Shown here: positions 1 through 10,218 of the stretch, piece after piece
Layout: each line of letters starts with the position of its first letter
Position numbering within the stretch: position 1 is the stretch's first letter
Assembly: GCF_000008385.1 (NCBI RefSeq)
Contig: NC_006833.1
Span: forward strand, 480,001-512,000
DNA from: Wolbachia endosymbiont strain TRS of Brugia malayi
GTDB lineage: Bacteria; Pseudomonadota; Alphaproteobacteria; Rickettsiales; Anaplasmataceae
Direction of reading: 5' to 3'
DNA length: 32,000 nucleotides
Notes under the pieces: model-generated
Told to the model about the DNA's origin: nothing
The model's input: the letters and a program-made list of their open reading frames with translations, nothing else
Databases searched by the model: none
Made by a program: the position numbers and the translations under genes

Positions 1-1254
1 ACCAGGATTATTACCCAACTTTTCAACGTGATATAAGTATTCAATGTCAGGACCGATGCTTGCAATAGGAAAATTACCTTGTAAATATCTTTTTCTTATA
101 CGCGCATTAATAATAGGTGCCTCTACTTTGGGATTTGTGTTTATAAGTAGGCATAGATCTACATTTTCTATACCTTCGATAGTGGTATTGAACACATATG
201 ACCCACGATTATTTGGTATAAGTTTTGCTCCATCCTGTCTGCAATCTATATTTGATGAACCGAGCTTCTGCATAATTTCTTTCAGTAGAAGCATAGACTC
301 ACAATCCGCTAAATCGCCTGCAATGGCAGCTATTTTGTTCGGTTTTGTACTCCTTAGTTTTTTTGCAGCAACAGTTAGTGCTTCATTCCAATCAGCTGGA
401 ACTAACCTATTGTCTCTCTTTATATATGGTTGATCGAGGCGTTGCACTTTGAGTCCATCATAAGCAAAACGAGTTTTATCTGATATCCATTCCTCGTTTA
501 CTTCTTCATTGAGTCTTGGCAGTATTCGCATAACTTCTGGACCACGATAATCAACTCTAATACTGCTTCCCACAGCATCAAGTACATCTATAGTTTCACA
601 GTGTGATAGCTCCCATGGACGTGCTGTAAAAGAGTAAGGTTTTGAAGTTAAAGCCCCTACAGGACAAAGATCTATTATATTTCCAGATAATTCAGAGCTA
701 ATGTGTTTTTTTATGTAAGTGCTGATTTCCATATTCTCTCCTCTTCCAATTCCTCCAAGTTCGTTTGTACCTGCAACGTCAGACAAGAATCTAATACACC
801 GAGTACAATGAATGCATCGATTCATCGCAGCTTCAATCAGTTGCCCAAAATGTTTTTTTGGTATAGCTCTTTTATGCTCATCAAACCTGCTGTTTCCTTT
901 TCCATAGACCACAGTTATATCTTGCAAATCGCACTCACCACCTTGATCACAAATTGGACAATCAAGCGGATGGTTGATTAGTAAAAACTCGAGCACTCCT
1001 TCACGTGCCTTTTTGACTTTAGGGGTGTCAGTGTAAATAACCATACCTTCTGCAACTGGCATTGCACAGGAGGCTACTGGTTTTGGAGGTCCACCTTTCA
1101 CTTCAACCAGACACATTCTGCAGTTACCTGCAATTGCTAAACGCTCATGGTAACAGAAGCGTGGAATTTCAACGCCCACGGTTTCACAAGCTTGAATTAT
1201 AGTAAGCCCAGGCTTTACTTCACATTCCTGAGAATTAATAGTAATTTTAACCAC
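1..1254 (-). CDS. nuoG: NADH-quinone oxidoreductase subunit G, N-terminal part (gene runs off the window start)
   Basis: Minus-strand translation from a GTG at 1254: VVKITINSQECEVKPGLTIIQACETVGVEIPRFCYHERLAIAGNCRMCLVEV...CPICDQGGECDLQD...NRCIHCTRCIRF...ELSGNIIDLCPVGALTSKPYSFTARPWEL. This is the 2Fe-2S ferredoxin domain plus the characteristic NuoG cysteine motifs. The supplied ATG-only track missed it. Confidence 0.96.
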   Translation of the reverse strand, partial: MVKITINSQECEVKPGLTIIQACETVGVEIPRFCYHERLAIAGNCRMCLVEVKGGPPKPVASCAMPVAEGMVIYTDTPKVKKAREGVLEFLLINHPLDCPICDQGGECDLQDITVVYGKGNSRFDEHKRAIPKKHFGQLIEAAMNRCIHCTRCIRFLSDVAGTNELGGIGRGENMEISTYIKKHISSELSGNIIDLCPVGALTSKPYSFTARPWELSHCETIDVLDAVGSSIRVDYRGPEVMRILPRLNEEVNEEWISDKTRFAYDGLKVQRLDQPYIKRDNRLVPADWNEALTVAAKKLRSTKPNKIAAIAGDLADCESMLLLKEIMQKLGSSNIDCRQDGAKLIPNNRGSYVFNTTIEGIENVDLCLLINTNPKVEAPIINARIRKRYLQGNFPIASIGPDIEYLYHVEKLGNNPG

Positions 1255-1267
1255 AAGTTTAAACCTA

Positions 1268-1480
1268 CTATACAGCTTCCCACTTTATAGGGTTACCGCT
1301 CACTTCATCTTCAACTAGATTGCCATTATCATATTGAGCAGATATATAATTCATGCGTGAATCACGGTCTATATATCTGACCGGTTTTACTGGCTTATTT
1401 TTATACATTTTTTGTTCTGCTTTTTTACGTTGAGTAGGGTTATTTTTACTAGCTGTTTTCGCTTTTCCGTCTGCTGCCAT
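1268..1480 (-). CDS. small conserved basic protein of unknown function upstream of nuoG
   Basis: 70-aa ORF, lysine-rich, immediately upstream of nuoG on the same strand with a 13-nt gap. Confidence 0.6.
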   Translation of the reverse strand: MAADGKAKTASKNNPTQRKKAEQKMYKNKPVKPVRYIDRDSRMNYISAQYDNGNLVEDEVSGNPIKWEAV

Positions 1481-1566
1481 ATGAACTCCTAAAAACTTCT
1501 TATTTTATTTTAAGACTTAAGTGTATAGCGTCAATATTAAATAACTTTAAAGTTTTAATGAATAGC

Positions 1567-2080
1567 TAGAAATGCAAAAAGCTACTTGACAAATCTTGCC
1601 AACCACTATAGCACTGAAGTATTCAGTCATCTTTAATCTGTGCAGATTAAATAACAAAGTATCACGTAGTTAGCATCTTATGTTTAATTTTTTGCACTAT
1701 GTGCACCCTTACTTCTTTACAATATTTCTTAGGTTTTTACCTATATAAGCTGGAACGCGCTTATAAAGCATTTAAGACAGTATAGTACGCCAATTTGCAA
1801 GATTAGAGAGTAAACACTATCTGCTCGAGATATCTTTTGCCTTTTTTTCTATTTAATAAATCTCTTAATGTTTGTAGCTACTGTCATCCCGCTACTTGTT
1901 AGCAGGACCTAGAGATGCCACAAATGAATTGCGAGATAACGTAGGGCTGCGATACCCCAGCGCGTGATGCTGGTTTCTCATACTGAAAAACCATAGGATG
2001 ATAGAAAATGGTAAATAAACTTACTAGATTCCAGTGTCACGCACTGGAATAATAGGAGAAGAAGGTGCTGGTATGACACC
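1567..2080 (+). repeat. dispersed intergenic element, copy A
   Basis: Shares TGTGCAGATTAAA, CTTATGTTTAATTTTTTGCACTAT, TTTTTACCTATATAAGCTG, TTTAAGACAGTATA.TAxxCCAATTTGCA and GAGAGTAAACACTAT with other copies. Its 3' part (gtcatcccgctacttgttagcaggacctagagatgcc...ccataggatgata...ggtatgacacc) matches copy D. Confidence 0.85.
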
Positions 2081-2369
2081 ATTTGCTATGTACATATTGT
2101 AACATTCGTACAGTTTTAGCAGATCGTTTTAAAAAGCAAACATTCATCATTCTCCTGCAAAATCCCCCACTGAGAAGTAACGCTACTTTAGCTAAAATAT
2201 GTTTTAAACTTCTGCTAAAACCAAGGCCATTATTATTAACTTTCGTAAAGGTTACACTCAAACTGCATCTCTGATGTTTGGCATATCATATTTAATGTTA
2301 AGCATTGAAATTTTGCTATTACCACAAGTATGAACATCGTTATATGATAACTTTATTGTGTAGCACTCT

Positions 2370-2714
2370 ATATGCTTTTGCTACCGTACACTAAATCACC
2401 GGACTCTCCTTCTAATTCTACAAACTTCGTTTTTTTCTGATATTTCTTTATTTTATCAAATCCTTATCCAGTGATATCAAAATAGGCAGCGTATTTCCAA
2501 CATATCCTTTAGCTAAGAGTTCACTTTGAGGATACATGTTTATCTCCCTGCCATAATGAGAGTCTATAAAATAGTTAGAATAGAACTTATCTCCAGCATG
2601 TACGTACTCATTAGTGGCATAATACACACAACCGTAACTGAATTGAACTTTATAGTTCCCTACCTCGTTATTAAAAAAAATCATGAATGGCAGTGTAACT
2701 ACCAGAAACATCAT
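2370..2714 (-). pseudogene. small protein of unknown function, probably frameshifted near its C-terminus
   Basis: 88-aa ORF (2448..2714). The overlapping frame continues ...GFDKIKKYQKKTKFVELEGESGDLVYGSKSI* to about 2370, suggesting a frameshift. No recognised family. Confidence 0.3.
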
Positions 2715-2818
2715 TTATGTAACCCACTACTTAACTCTTAAAGTCCTGAACTTACCATACCATACATAATTATACCAATCAACTAAAAAACCCTTTTTAA
2801 CTATCCTTTAGCAAGTAT

Positions 2819-3346
2819 CTAGGAAGCGTATTTGTAAGATTGCGACTTTCGTATCTCCCAGTTTTTCACATACTGCTGAACTAACTCAGGATAGTTTTTA
2901 ATAATTAATAAATTCTCAGCATTCCCTTTTTTAGCTGTCTTAGTAAGGTTAAATGATCCTGTGATGACCTTTTGATTATCAACAATTATTACCTTATTAT
3001 GGGCGATTTTTGGCTTATCGTCAATCCAAACTGGTATTCCATTTGAAAATAATTTATTGATAACACTATATTTTGAGTGAAGTTGTGATTTATCTAAAAT
3101 GACTTCAACATCAACGCTACGTTCTTTAGCATTAATCAAAGCCCTTGCAATTGTTTCAAGAGTAAACGTATATTCTTGAACTAAGACAGATTCTTTAGAT
3201 TGGTCTATTTCACTGATTATCAGTACAGCACAGTCTTCTCCAGGTGAAAAGCAAACCTTAGCTCTTGGACAAGGTGAAAGCACACGACCCGTACAGCAAT
3301 ACAGAAAAAAACATACTAACATAAATAAAAGGTATAAAAGCCTCAC
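2819..3346 (-). CDS. phospholipase D-family nuclease/phosphodiesterase with N-terminal signal or lipoprotein-like segment
   Basis: 175 aa with hydrophobic N-terminus and a single HKD motif: HNKVIIVDNQKVITGSFNLTKTAKKGNAENLLII. Confidence 0.9.
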   Translation of the reverse strand: MRLLYLLFMLVCFFLYCCTGRVLSPCPRAKVCFSPGEDCAVLIISEIDQSKESVLVQEYTFTLETIARALINAKERSVDVEVILDKSQLHSKYSVINKLFSNGIPVWIDDKPKIAHNKVIIVDNQKVITGSFNLTKTAKKGNAENLLIIKNYPELVQQYVKNWEIRKSQSYKYAS

Positions 3347-3386
3347 AACCTACACCTGAATATATGGTGACAAGCTACATCATAGC

Positions 3387-4874
3387 TTAATCATCTGTCA
3401 ATCCATATTCGTCCCACTTCTCTGTAACCTTTTTTACTATTTCTTCACTCATTTCAATCTTCTTTCCCCATTCCCGTTTAGTTTCAGGTGGCATTTTGTT
3501 TGTTGCATCAAATCCCATTTTACCTCCAAGCCCACTTTCAGGAGAGGCAAAATCTAAATAATCAATTGGGGCATTCTCTATCATGACCGTATCACGTACA
3601 GGATCCATTCTCGTCGATATTGCCCACATAACTTCCTTCCAATCACGTATATTTATGTCGTCATCAACAACTATAATAAATTTTGTGTATAAAAACTGCT
3701 TGAGAAAAGAAAATATGCCCATAATAATTCTTTTCGCATGTCCAGGATAAGATTTTTTTACCGACACTACTGCTATTCTGTAGGAACAACCCTCTGGCGG
3801 CAGATAAAAATCCACTATCTCCGGAAATTGGTTGATAAGAATCGGCACAAAAATTTCGTTGAGTGCTTCACCAAGAATTGATGGTTCATCTGGTGGCTTA
3901 CCAGTGAAAGTGCTAAGATAAATCGGGTTCTTGCGCATTGTAATTGCAGTAATATTAAACTCAGGAAACTGCTCAACAGAATTATAGTAACCTGTATGAT
4001 CTCCGTATGGCCCTTCATTTCGATAGCTATCTAAACTCACATAGCCTTCCAGAACAATTTCCGCGTGAGCTGGCACTTGAAGTGATATAGTCTTACAATT
4101 TACAAGTTCAAGGGGCTTCTTTCGCAGCAGTCCAGCGAATTGGTATTCCGACAATGTTTCTGGCACCGGAGTTACTGCAGCAATAAGTGTTGCAGGATCA
4201 CTACCGATTACAGCAGCAGCAGGAAACTTTATACTTCGCCCATTCTCTTTCCATCGTTTATGGTGGCTTGCCCCACCACGGTGCGCAAGCCAGCGCATTA
4301 GAGTCGTTTTTTTATCCATGACCTGCATACGATATATTCCAAGATTAAAATTATCCTGTTTGTCTTCCGTTGGCCCTTTTGTTATCACAATCGGCCAAGT
4401 GATAAGTGGTGCAGGTTCATTTGGCCAGCATGTCTGAATGGGCAGCAAACTGAGATCCACATCATCCCCAGTTAACACCACTTCTTGACATGGAGCTTTG
4501 TTCACGATTTTACTTCGCATCGACAACACAACTTTTAGCAGAGGAAACATTTTTATGACATCTTTGAGGTTTTTTGGCGGCTCAGGTGATTGCAAAAATG
4601 CCAAAAGTTTACCAAGATCTCTTAGTTCACCAGGGCTTATGTTCAACCCAAAAGCGATTCTCTCAATAGTACCAAATAAATTTACCAAAACCGGAATCAC
4701 ACTTTTGCCATTTTCCGTGACAACATTTTCAAAAATGATAGCTGGTCCTTTGTTTAACGAAACTCTGCGGTGAATTTCTGTCATTTCAAGAATCGTTGAA
4801 ACCTCTTTCTTAATCCTAATCAAATCCCTTTTTTTCTCTAAGGCTTCAATGAAGTCGCGTAAATTGTTGTACAT
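3387..4874 (-). CDS. ubiD: UbiD family decarboxylase
   Basis: 495-aa ORF with UbiD-type sequence: [98 protein letters not shown]. Confidence 0.95.
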   Translation of the reverse strand: MYNNLRDFIEALEKKRDLIRIKKEVSTILEMTEIHRRVSLNKGPAIIFENVVTENGKSVIPVLVNLFGTIERIAFGLNISPGELRDLGKLLAFLQSPEPPKNLKDVIKMFPLLKVVLSMRSKIVNKAPCQEVVLTGDDVDLSLLPIQTCWPNEPAPLITWPIVITKGPTEDKQDNFNLGIYRMQVMDKKTTLMRWLAHRGGASHHKRWKENGRSIKFPAAAVIGSDPATLIAAVTPVPETLSEYQFAGLLRKKPLELVNCKTISLQVPAHAEIVLEGYVSLDSYRNEGPYGDHTGYYNSVEQFPEFNITAITMRKNPIYLSTFTGKPPDEPSILGEALNEIFVPILINQFPEIVDFYLPPEGCSYRIAVVSVKKSYPGHAKRIIMGIFSFLKQFLYTKFIIVVDDDINIRDWKEVMWAISTRMDPVRDTVMIENAPIDYLDFASPESGLGGKMGFDATNKMPPETKREWGKKIEMSEEIVKKVTEKWDEYGLTDD

Positions 4875-4900
4875 AACTTAAAACAAATCTTCTAGTGTAA

Positions 4901-6348
4901 TCACTGATATACCATATTTTTTAGATATTGGTTCTCAGAAGCTCTATTTGCAGCAATTAACACCCAGAATATCTGCTTCTTTGGCCTCTTTTTTTCTCTA
5001 TAAACTGCTTTCTTTCTCTTTAACTGTTCAACAAATTCTTTTGTTACCACATAAAGTTTATCATTATACTTTATTTCACAGAGCATTGTACATCCATCTT
5101 CTCGATCAAAAACTAAGTCAATCTGAGCACCATTTCCTTTACTGTTTTTTTCTAGTTGATACTGCCAATCTCCACATATGACTGCTATATACTCTATATT
5201 TAATTTTCTTCTAATCTTATTAGCATGTTTAAAACACACCACTTTAAATGTTTGCCCTGTCCATGTTTGCCAGGCTGGCTTCTTTATCGCTAATTCCCAA
5301 TAGTGAGCATCACTTATTATTGCTCTTTTTATTACTTCCTTAAATAGTTCAATCCATGTTAGATAAATAATATATATTCGTCAATTACTCTATAACATAC
5401 CCCTCTCTTTCCTTTGTTTAGCAGCAAAAACCACTAATAAATCCTACTTCTTCTAAACTCCTTAATTTAGTGGTTAAGCGACCACCCTCAGCAATTTTAG
5501 TTGTTTCCGTAAATTCTTTTCTGCTGATTCCTTATTGTTTTTTTTGCAATCGCACGAATAATATTTAGACATGTCTTTGGCTCTTCATACAAAGAATGGA
5601 ATAGAATATCAAATTCATCAAATAATAAACTATCCCTCTGAAAACAGATTACATTAATATTTTGTGCTGCTGATAGTCCTTTGCTTATTTCCTTAAGATA
5701 ATACGGTATTTCTCCCATAGCTATATAAATCTGTAATATCTGTTGGTGATTAAGGCTGACTCCTAAATATCTTAGGTACTCTTTAGTTTCACATAAGTTA
5801 AAAGGTTGCAAAGAGGTATTCTTGCAGTAATACAATTATGCAATTCTCCTTTGGTATAAATTATACTTTCTAACATCCAAGAAGCCGCTGAACCACATAC
5901 AACCAAAATAAGTTCCTTTCCTGGTATGTCAACTTATATTCCAAAAATATTCTAATTCTTTTAGAAAATCAGATCTTCTTATAGCTAGCCACAACAATTC
6001 ATCAAAAAATAAGACAACTTGATCATTTTTACTTGTGTTATTAATAGTAAGTGTTAATTGATATAATGCACACATCCAGTTTTCAGGCACAGCCTTTTTG
6101 CACCTCTGTAGAAAGCTCTAGACAATGATTCTGCAAAGATTTCAAGCCTGCTCACTTAGATTACCTTTGTTAAGGCCTGTCTGCTCAAATATGATTACAC
6201 AATAATATTGGATAAAAAATCGTTTTATTAAATATGTTTTTCCTACACGATGCCGACCATAAACAGCAATAAATTCAGCAGATTGGAAACGAAGCCTATT
6301 TTCTAAAATGGCTATTTCCTTTTTTCTACCAATTATTAGTCCGTTCAT
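4901..6348 (-). pseudogene. archaeal-type AAA ATPase (COG1672-like, C-terminal DUF234-like nuclease domain), broken into several frames
   Basis: Fragments in order on the minus strand: MNGLIIGRKKEIAILENRLRFQSAEFIAVYGRHRVGKTYLIKRFF (Walker A), DELLWLAIRRSDFLKELEYFWNIS*, KGTILVVCGSAASW, SLQPFNLCETKEYLRYLGV, then GAQIDLVFDREDGCTMLCEIKY. Multiple stops and frameshifts between them. Confidence 0.88.
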
Positions 6349-6676
6349 ATAACTTAACGTCGTGCTTGTTAGCATTATACAGGCGGTTATAAGATAATTG
6401 ACTTTCTTTACCGCCGTATTTACAATCGCTATACGTGGCAGTAAAAGATAGAGCACTTTATAATTGGCCATTCTAACACGCTTTGTCCACCTGATCATCA
6501 AGTCCTTTGATGAATTCTATGATTGAGTTCCTCTGCGTAAAGTTTGCACTTGTGGCAAAATTAGCTATAACATACACTTGATATAAATATTTTTATATAT
6601 TAATATAAAATTTTTTTTTTAGTATAGAAGTAAATGTATATTAAAAATTTTATATTGTAGGTCCTTTAATAAGTTT

Positions 6677-7435
6677 ATGTCTAGAATACCATTTTTATTG
6701 ATTTTAATAATAGTGATAGCAAGTTTACCAGTAATAAACAATTGGCTTTCATATCACAATCAAACTCTAAACGATGATTATATAGGTGAGAGACTAGATA
6801 ACTATATAAGTAGAAATTTTGACAAGATTATCAAAATTCTCCGTGAAGAATCAATCAAAAGCAATTACGCTGCTCGGGATAACGCAACTAAAGGTAAAAT
6901 TTTACAGTACGAAAATAAAATATTTGACCTCGCTTATCCTTATTTAGGAAATGAAAATAGCAATATTATAGCTGTAGGATTTTTTGACTATTCTTGTGGA
7001 TATTGCAAAGCCATAAAAGATGACATAAAACAGTTAATCAATGACGGCAAAATTAAGTACATCTTTAGGGATACTCCAATACTTGGTAACAACTCTTTAA
7101 AGGCAGCAAAAAGTGCTTTAGCTGTCTATTTTATTGATAAAGGAAAATATTTCGATTTTCACTATGCCATCTTAGATCACAAAGGAGAATTTTCAGATGA
7201 AAATATATTGGACATAGTAAAAAGCATAGGAATCAATGAGGATAACTTCAATAATTCTATGAAAAATAATGCAGGCAAAATTGAGCAAATGATAAATGAT
7301 AGCAAATTTTTAGTCAGGGAACTAGGAGCAGGTGGTACACCTTTTTTAATAATCGGAGACAGTCTGTTTATAGGAGCAACCGATTTGGATGTATTACGCA
7401 AAAAAGTAGACGAATTAAGCCACAAACAAAACTAA
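6677..7435 (+). CDS. DsbA-family thiol:disulfide oxidoreductase, N-terminally anchored
   Basis: 252 aa: hydrophobic N-terminus, IIAVGFFDYSCGYCKAIKDDIKQL (CxxC = CGYC), GGTPFLIIGDSLFIGA (cis-Pro region). Confidence 0.93.
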   Translation: MSRIPFLLILIIVIASLPVINNWLSYHNQTLNDDYIGERLDNYISRNFDKIIKILREESIKSNYAARDNATKGKILQYENKIFDLAYPYLGNENSNIIAVGFFDYSCGYCKAIKDDIKQLINDGKIKYIFRDTPILGNNSLKAAKSALAVYFIDKGKYFDFHYAILDHKGEFSDENILDIVKSIGINEDNFNNSMKNNAGKIEQMINDSKFLVRELGAGGTPFLIIGDSLFIGATDLDVLRKKVDELSHKQN

Positions 7436-7460
7436 TTGTTATAAAATTTTATTTCTTTAC

Positions 7461-7489
7461 TTGACAACCTAAGCAAGTTTGAGTATAGT
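7461..7489 (+). promoter_or_regulatory. sigma70-like promoter candidate (TTGACA-N17-TATAGT)
   Basis: ttgaca at 7461-7466, 17-nt spacer, tatagt at 7484-7489, immediately 3' of the DsbA-like gene and upstream of the phage/GTA-like remnant. Confidence 0.45.
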
Positions 7490-7688
7490 AATTATAGATG
7501 TGATATACTATATAAGTAATGACACGTAGTATTAGTCTAATGTACTATTTTAGCAGGGTTTTAGGCTATTTTCATGTTACCCATTTAGCTACATAAAGTG
7601 CTCTCAAGCTATAACGTTTATATAACTTCTTTAATTAAACTATTTAAATTTTTTTCCACAAAAGAATATATGTCATTTACAGAAAATT

Positions 7689-8083
7689 AGATTTTCAGAA
7701 AATATATCCTATGGGTTCACTAAAGGACTGGAATCTTCTACCGACATTGTAATTACCCATAATGGTTATGAACAGCACAACATTTCAATTGACCAAAACC
7801 TATGCAAGTGAAAAGACAAGCATATATGCACAATTAAAAGCCAGTACATGGCATAGTAAAAATTTACCTGAACGGTAAAGAAGAGAGCGAATATTCAGTA
7901 AATTATTCAACGGGAGAAATAACGTTTATGAAACCACCAGTGAAAGGTATAATAATTATGGCAGGTTTTGAATTTGATGCGCCTACACACTTTGATACAG
8001 ATTACTTAAACGCTTCTATTGATAACTACGGCAGCAACAGCTGGAACAATATTCCCTTAGTGGAAGTGAAACATCAGTCATAG
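7689..8083 (+). pseudogene. DUF2460 (TIGR02217-like) phage/gene-transfer-agent protein remnant
   Basis: Frame 1: RFSENISYGFTKGLESSTDIVITHNGYEQHNISIDQNLCK*. Second frame: VKIYLNGKEESEYSVNYSTGEITFMKPPVKGIIIMAGFEFDAPTHFDTDYLNASIDNYGSNSWNNIPLVEVKHQS*. The pattern G.ITF..PP..G..I.AGFEFD.P..FDTD.L..S......IPLVEV is that of the DUF2460 family. Confidence 0.75.
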
Positions 8084-8159
8084 AGCATAGACCTACATCA
8101 TATTACAAGCTTAAAGGCAACTGCTAACCTTATGTTTTGTATCCGCTCAGCTCAGCGGT

Positions 8160-9061
8160 TTAAGAGAGATACTACTTCTTCTTTAAGTTGTACAATTTCA
8201 TCTTGAGAAAGATCAATAGTTCGAGATATGATATCAATTGATACACCTGCTTTAAGTAGATTCTTTACTACTTCAATTTTTCTTTCCTCCTTACTCTTTT
8301 CCTTACCAATTTTTAACCTTAATCTCTAGCATCATCAAGCTTCTGTGCAAGAATAGCTTTTTCATCATGAATACGCTTTATCTCTTGCTCATAAGCTATG
8401 AATTCTTTTTCTGACTAATTGAATTTATTTAGTTCTTCATATACTTTCTTGATTATTATATCACTTCCTATTATTCTTTCCAACTCCCTTTTACTGGTTT
8501 CCTCTGCATAATTGAAAAAGTAGACCCACTTTTCGACTATACTTTCTAGTTGGTCTTCCTTCGTTTTGGAAAATTTTGGCAATTTAACAAATGTAGAATA
8601 AAAATCTTTCAAGTCATGCTCATTAGTCTTTTTATCTCTGATAGTGTGCTTTAATTTATACTCAGACTTATTAGGAAATAGGATACAATCTGCTATAATA
8701 GTAAAGATCATTTCTTTAAGATCTTGGTATTGGTTGCCTTTATCAGCTTGTCTCGAATAGGCCCTAGCAGCATAGTATTGGGCACGTTTCTCAAAGCCTT
8801 TAGTTTTAGCAACTTACATTTTGACAACTACTTGCACCTCATTTTCATCTCTACAAGTACACCAACAATACTTTGCTTTTTAGAGGTAATCTCAGCATCT
8901 ATTATAGTGCTTAAAGCACTCTATGTTCTTTATTTAACTTTTGCCAGTAAAGACTAGGATATCATTGAGAAAGTGAATGAGAATATCCTTATTTTTTTCA
9001 GTATCAAAGATACGTTAAAAGCTACATCATTTTTTGGATCGAGAAATTTAGAAAAAGCCAT
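8160..9061 (-). pseudogene. Rpn family recombination-promoting nuclease / PD-(D/E)XK transposase-like protein, degraded
   Basis: N-terminus MAFSKFLDPKNDVAF with a frameshift into FDTEKNKDILIHFLNDIL, then FTIIADCILFPNKSEYKLKHTIRDKKTNEHDLKDFYSTFVKLPKFSK...WVYFFNYAEETSKRELERII and SEKEFIAYEQEIKRIHDEKAILAQKLDDARD. Several stops and frameshifts. Confidence 0.85.
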
Positions 9062-9183
9062 AATAAATACAATCAAGAGGTGTTAATAATTATATATTAC
9101 TCTATATAAATTTTAACTTTCTTATGTTTTAAATTGTTGTCTCACGATTCTTTCGAGAAAATAAGATGTGTTAAACGTAGAAA

Positions 9184-9836
9184 AGCAGCAGGTCTTGTGA
9201 TGCACTTAAGCCTTTTTGCTTGAATATTGAGGCCAAGTAATACCTCCTCTATTAATGGGTTGACAAAAAACCATCCTCCCATATTTTTTGGCTCTTCTTG
9301 ACACCATATAATTTCAGCGTTTTCATATTTTTCAAGTTCAATGCTTAGCTTATCAGCAGGAAATGGATAAAATTGCTCCAATCGTACCACTGCTATATCG
9401 TTTATTTTTTGTACTTCACATGCCTCAATTATGTCGTAATAAACTTTACCACCGCATATTATAACTTTACGCATTTTGTCATCTAAAACTAAATTCTTCC
9501 TATATTCTGGAATTATCGTAAGGAATCCACCTTTAAAGTCAGATAGATTAGAAACTGCTCTTTTATGACGCAATAGCGATTTAGGTGTAAACACTATCAA
9601 AGGTTTACGGAAGTCTCGATGAATTTGCCTGCGTAAAACATGAAAGTAATTCGCTGGAGTAGAGCAATTAACTACTTGCATATTATCTTCCGCGCAGAGT
9701 TGTAAAAACCTCTCTATACGCGCAGAGCTATGCTCAGGTCCCTGACCTTCATAGCCATGAGGCAGCAATAAAACCAAACCACTTGATCGTAACCACTTTG
9801 TTTCTGCAGACGCAATAAACTGGTCGATCATAATTT
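9184..9836 (-). pseudogene. partial duplicate of sucA (transketolase C-terminal region)
   Basis: Apparently identical, ungapped copy of 23441..24093 (constant offset 14257). The ORF 9142..9831 encodes the same MIDQFIASAETKW...RLKCITRPAA segment, then diverges to FLRLTHLIFSKES*. Confidence 0.93.
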
Positions 9837-9954
9837 TCGTTTGCTCCTAAATTGCTTCAGCTACAAATATTTAGAAAATTTGCCAAGCAAAAAAAGATAA
9901 AAAACCCGTAGTAGCTAGTTACTAACTCTTTATTTTAAAAATTTGACGTTGGTT

Positions 9955-10147
9955 GATGTCTTAACGCTTTATAAGTACGTCTCAGCTTATATAGGTAAGA
10001 ACTTAGATTTATAAAGACATAAGGTGCACGTGCAAAAATACAAGACTCTCTTGTCATTTTAACCTGCACAGGTTGGAAATTATATAAAACAGCTCTAATG
10101 CCATGATAAGAGAGCTGGTAAAGTGTGTCAAGTAATTTTTTGTATTT
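9955..10147 (-). repeat. dispersed intergenic element, copy E (reverse orientation)
   Basis: + strand acgctttataagtacgtctcagcttatataggtaagaacttag...aagacataaggtgcac...gtgcaaaaatacaagac...ttaacctgcacaggtt...gtgtcaagtaattttttgtattt is the reverse complement of blocks found in copies A-D. Confidence 0.8.
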
Positions 10148-10218
10148 CTTATAAGCTACTTGAATCTTGGTTTATCAAATCGCAACATTCGTGCAGCTGT
10201 TGTTGATAGCCTACAATG

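Noticed and set aside
44-433. 129-aa plus-strand ORF (and 703..981 +)
   Set aside because: Antisense to the clearly recognisable nuoG reading frame.
2037-2274. Overlapping opposite-strand small ORFs 2037..2261 (-) and 2083..2274 (+)
   Set aside because: No recognisable family, mutually overlapping, and adjacent to repeat copy A. Not enough support for a coding call.
3815-4773. Small ORFs 3815..4018 (-) and 4498..4773 (+) inside ubiD
   Set aside because: Shadow ORFs of a strongly supported UbiD frame.
9142-9831. Functional second sucA-type gene
   Set aside because: It lacks the thiamine-binding N-terminal two thirds and the native C-terminus, so it is a duplicated fragment.
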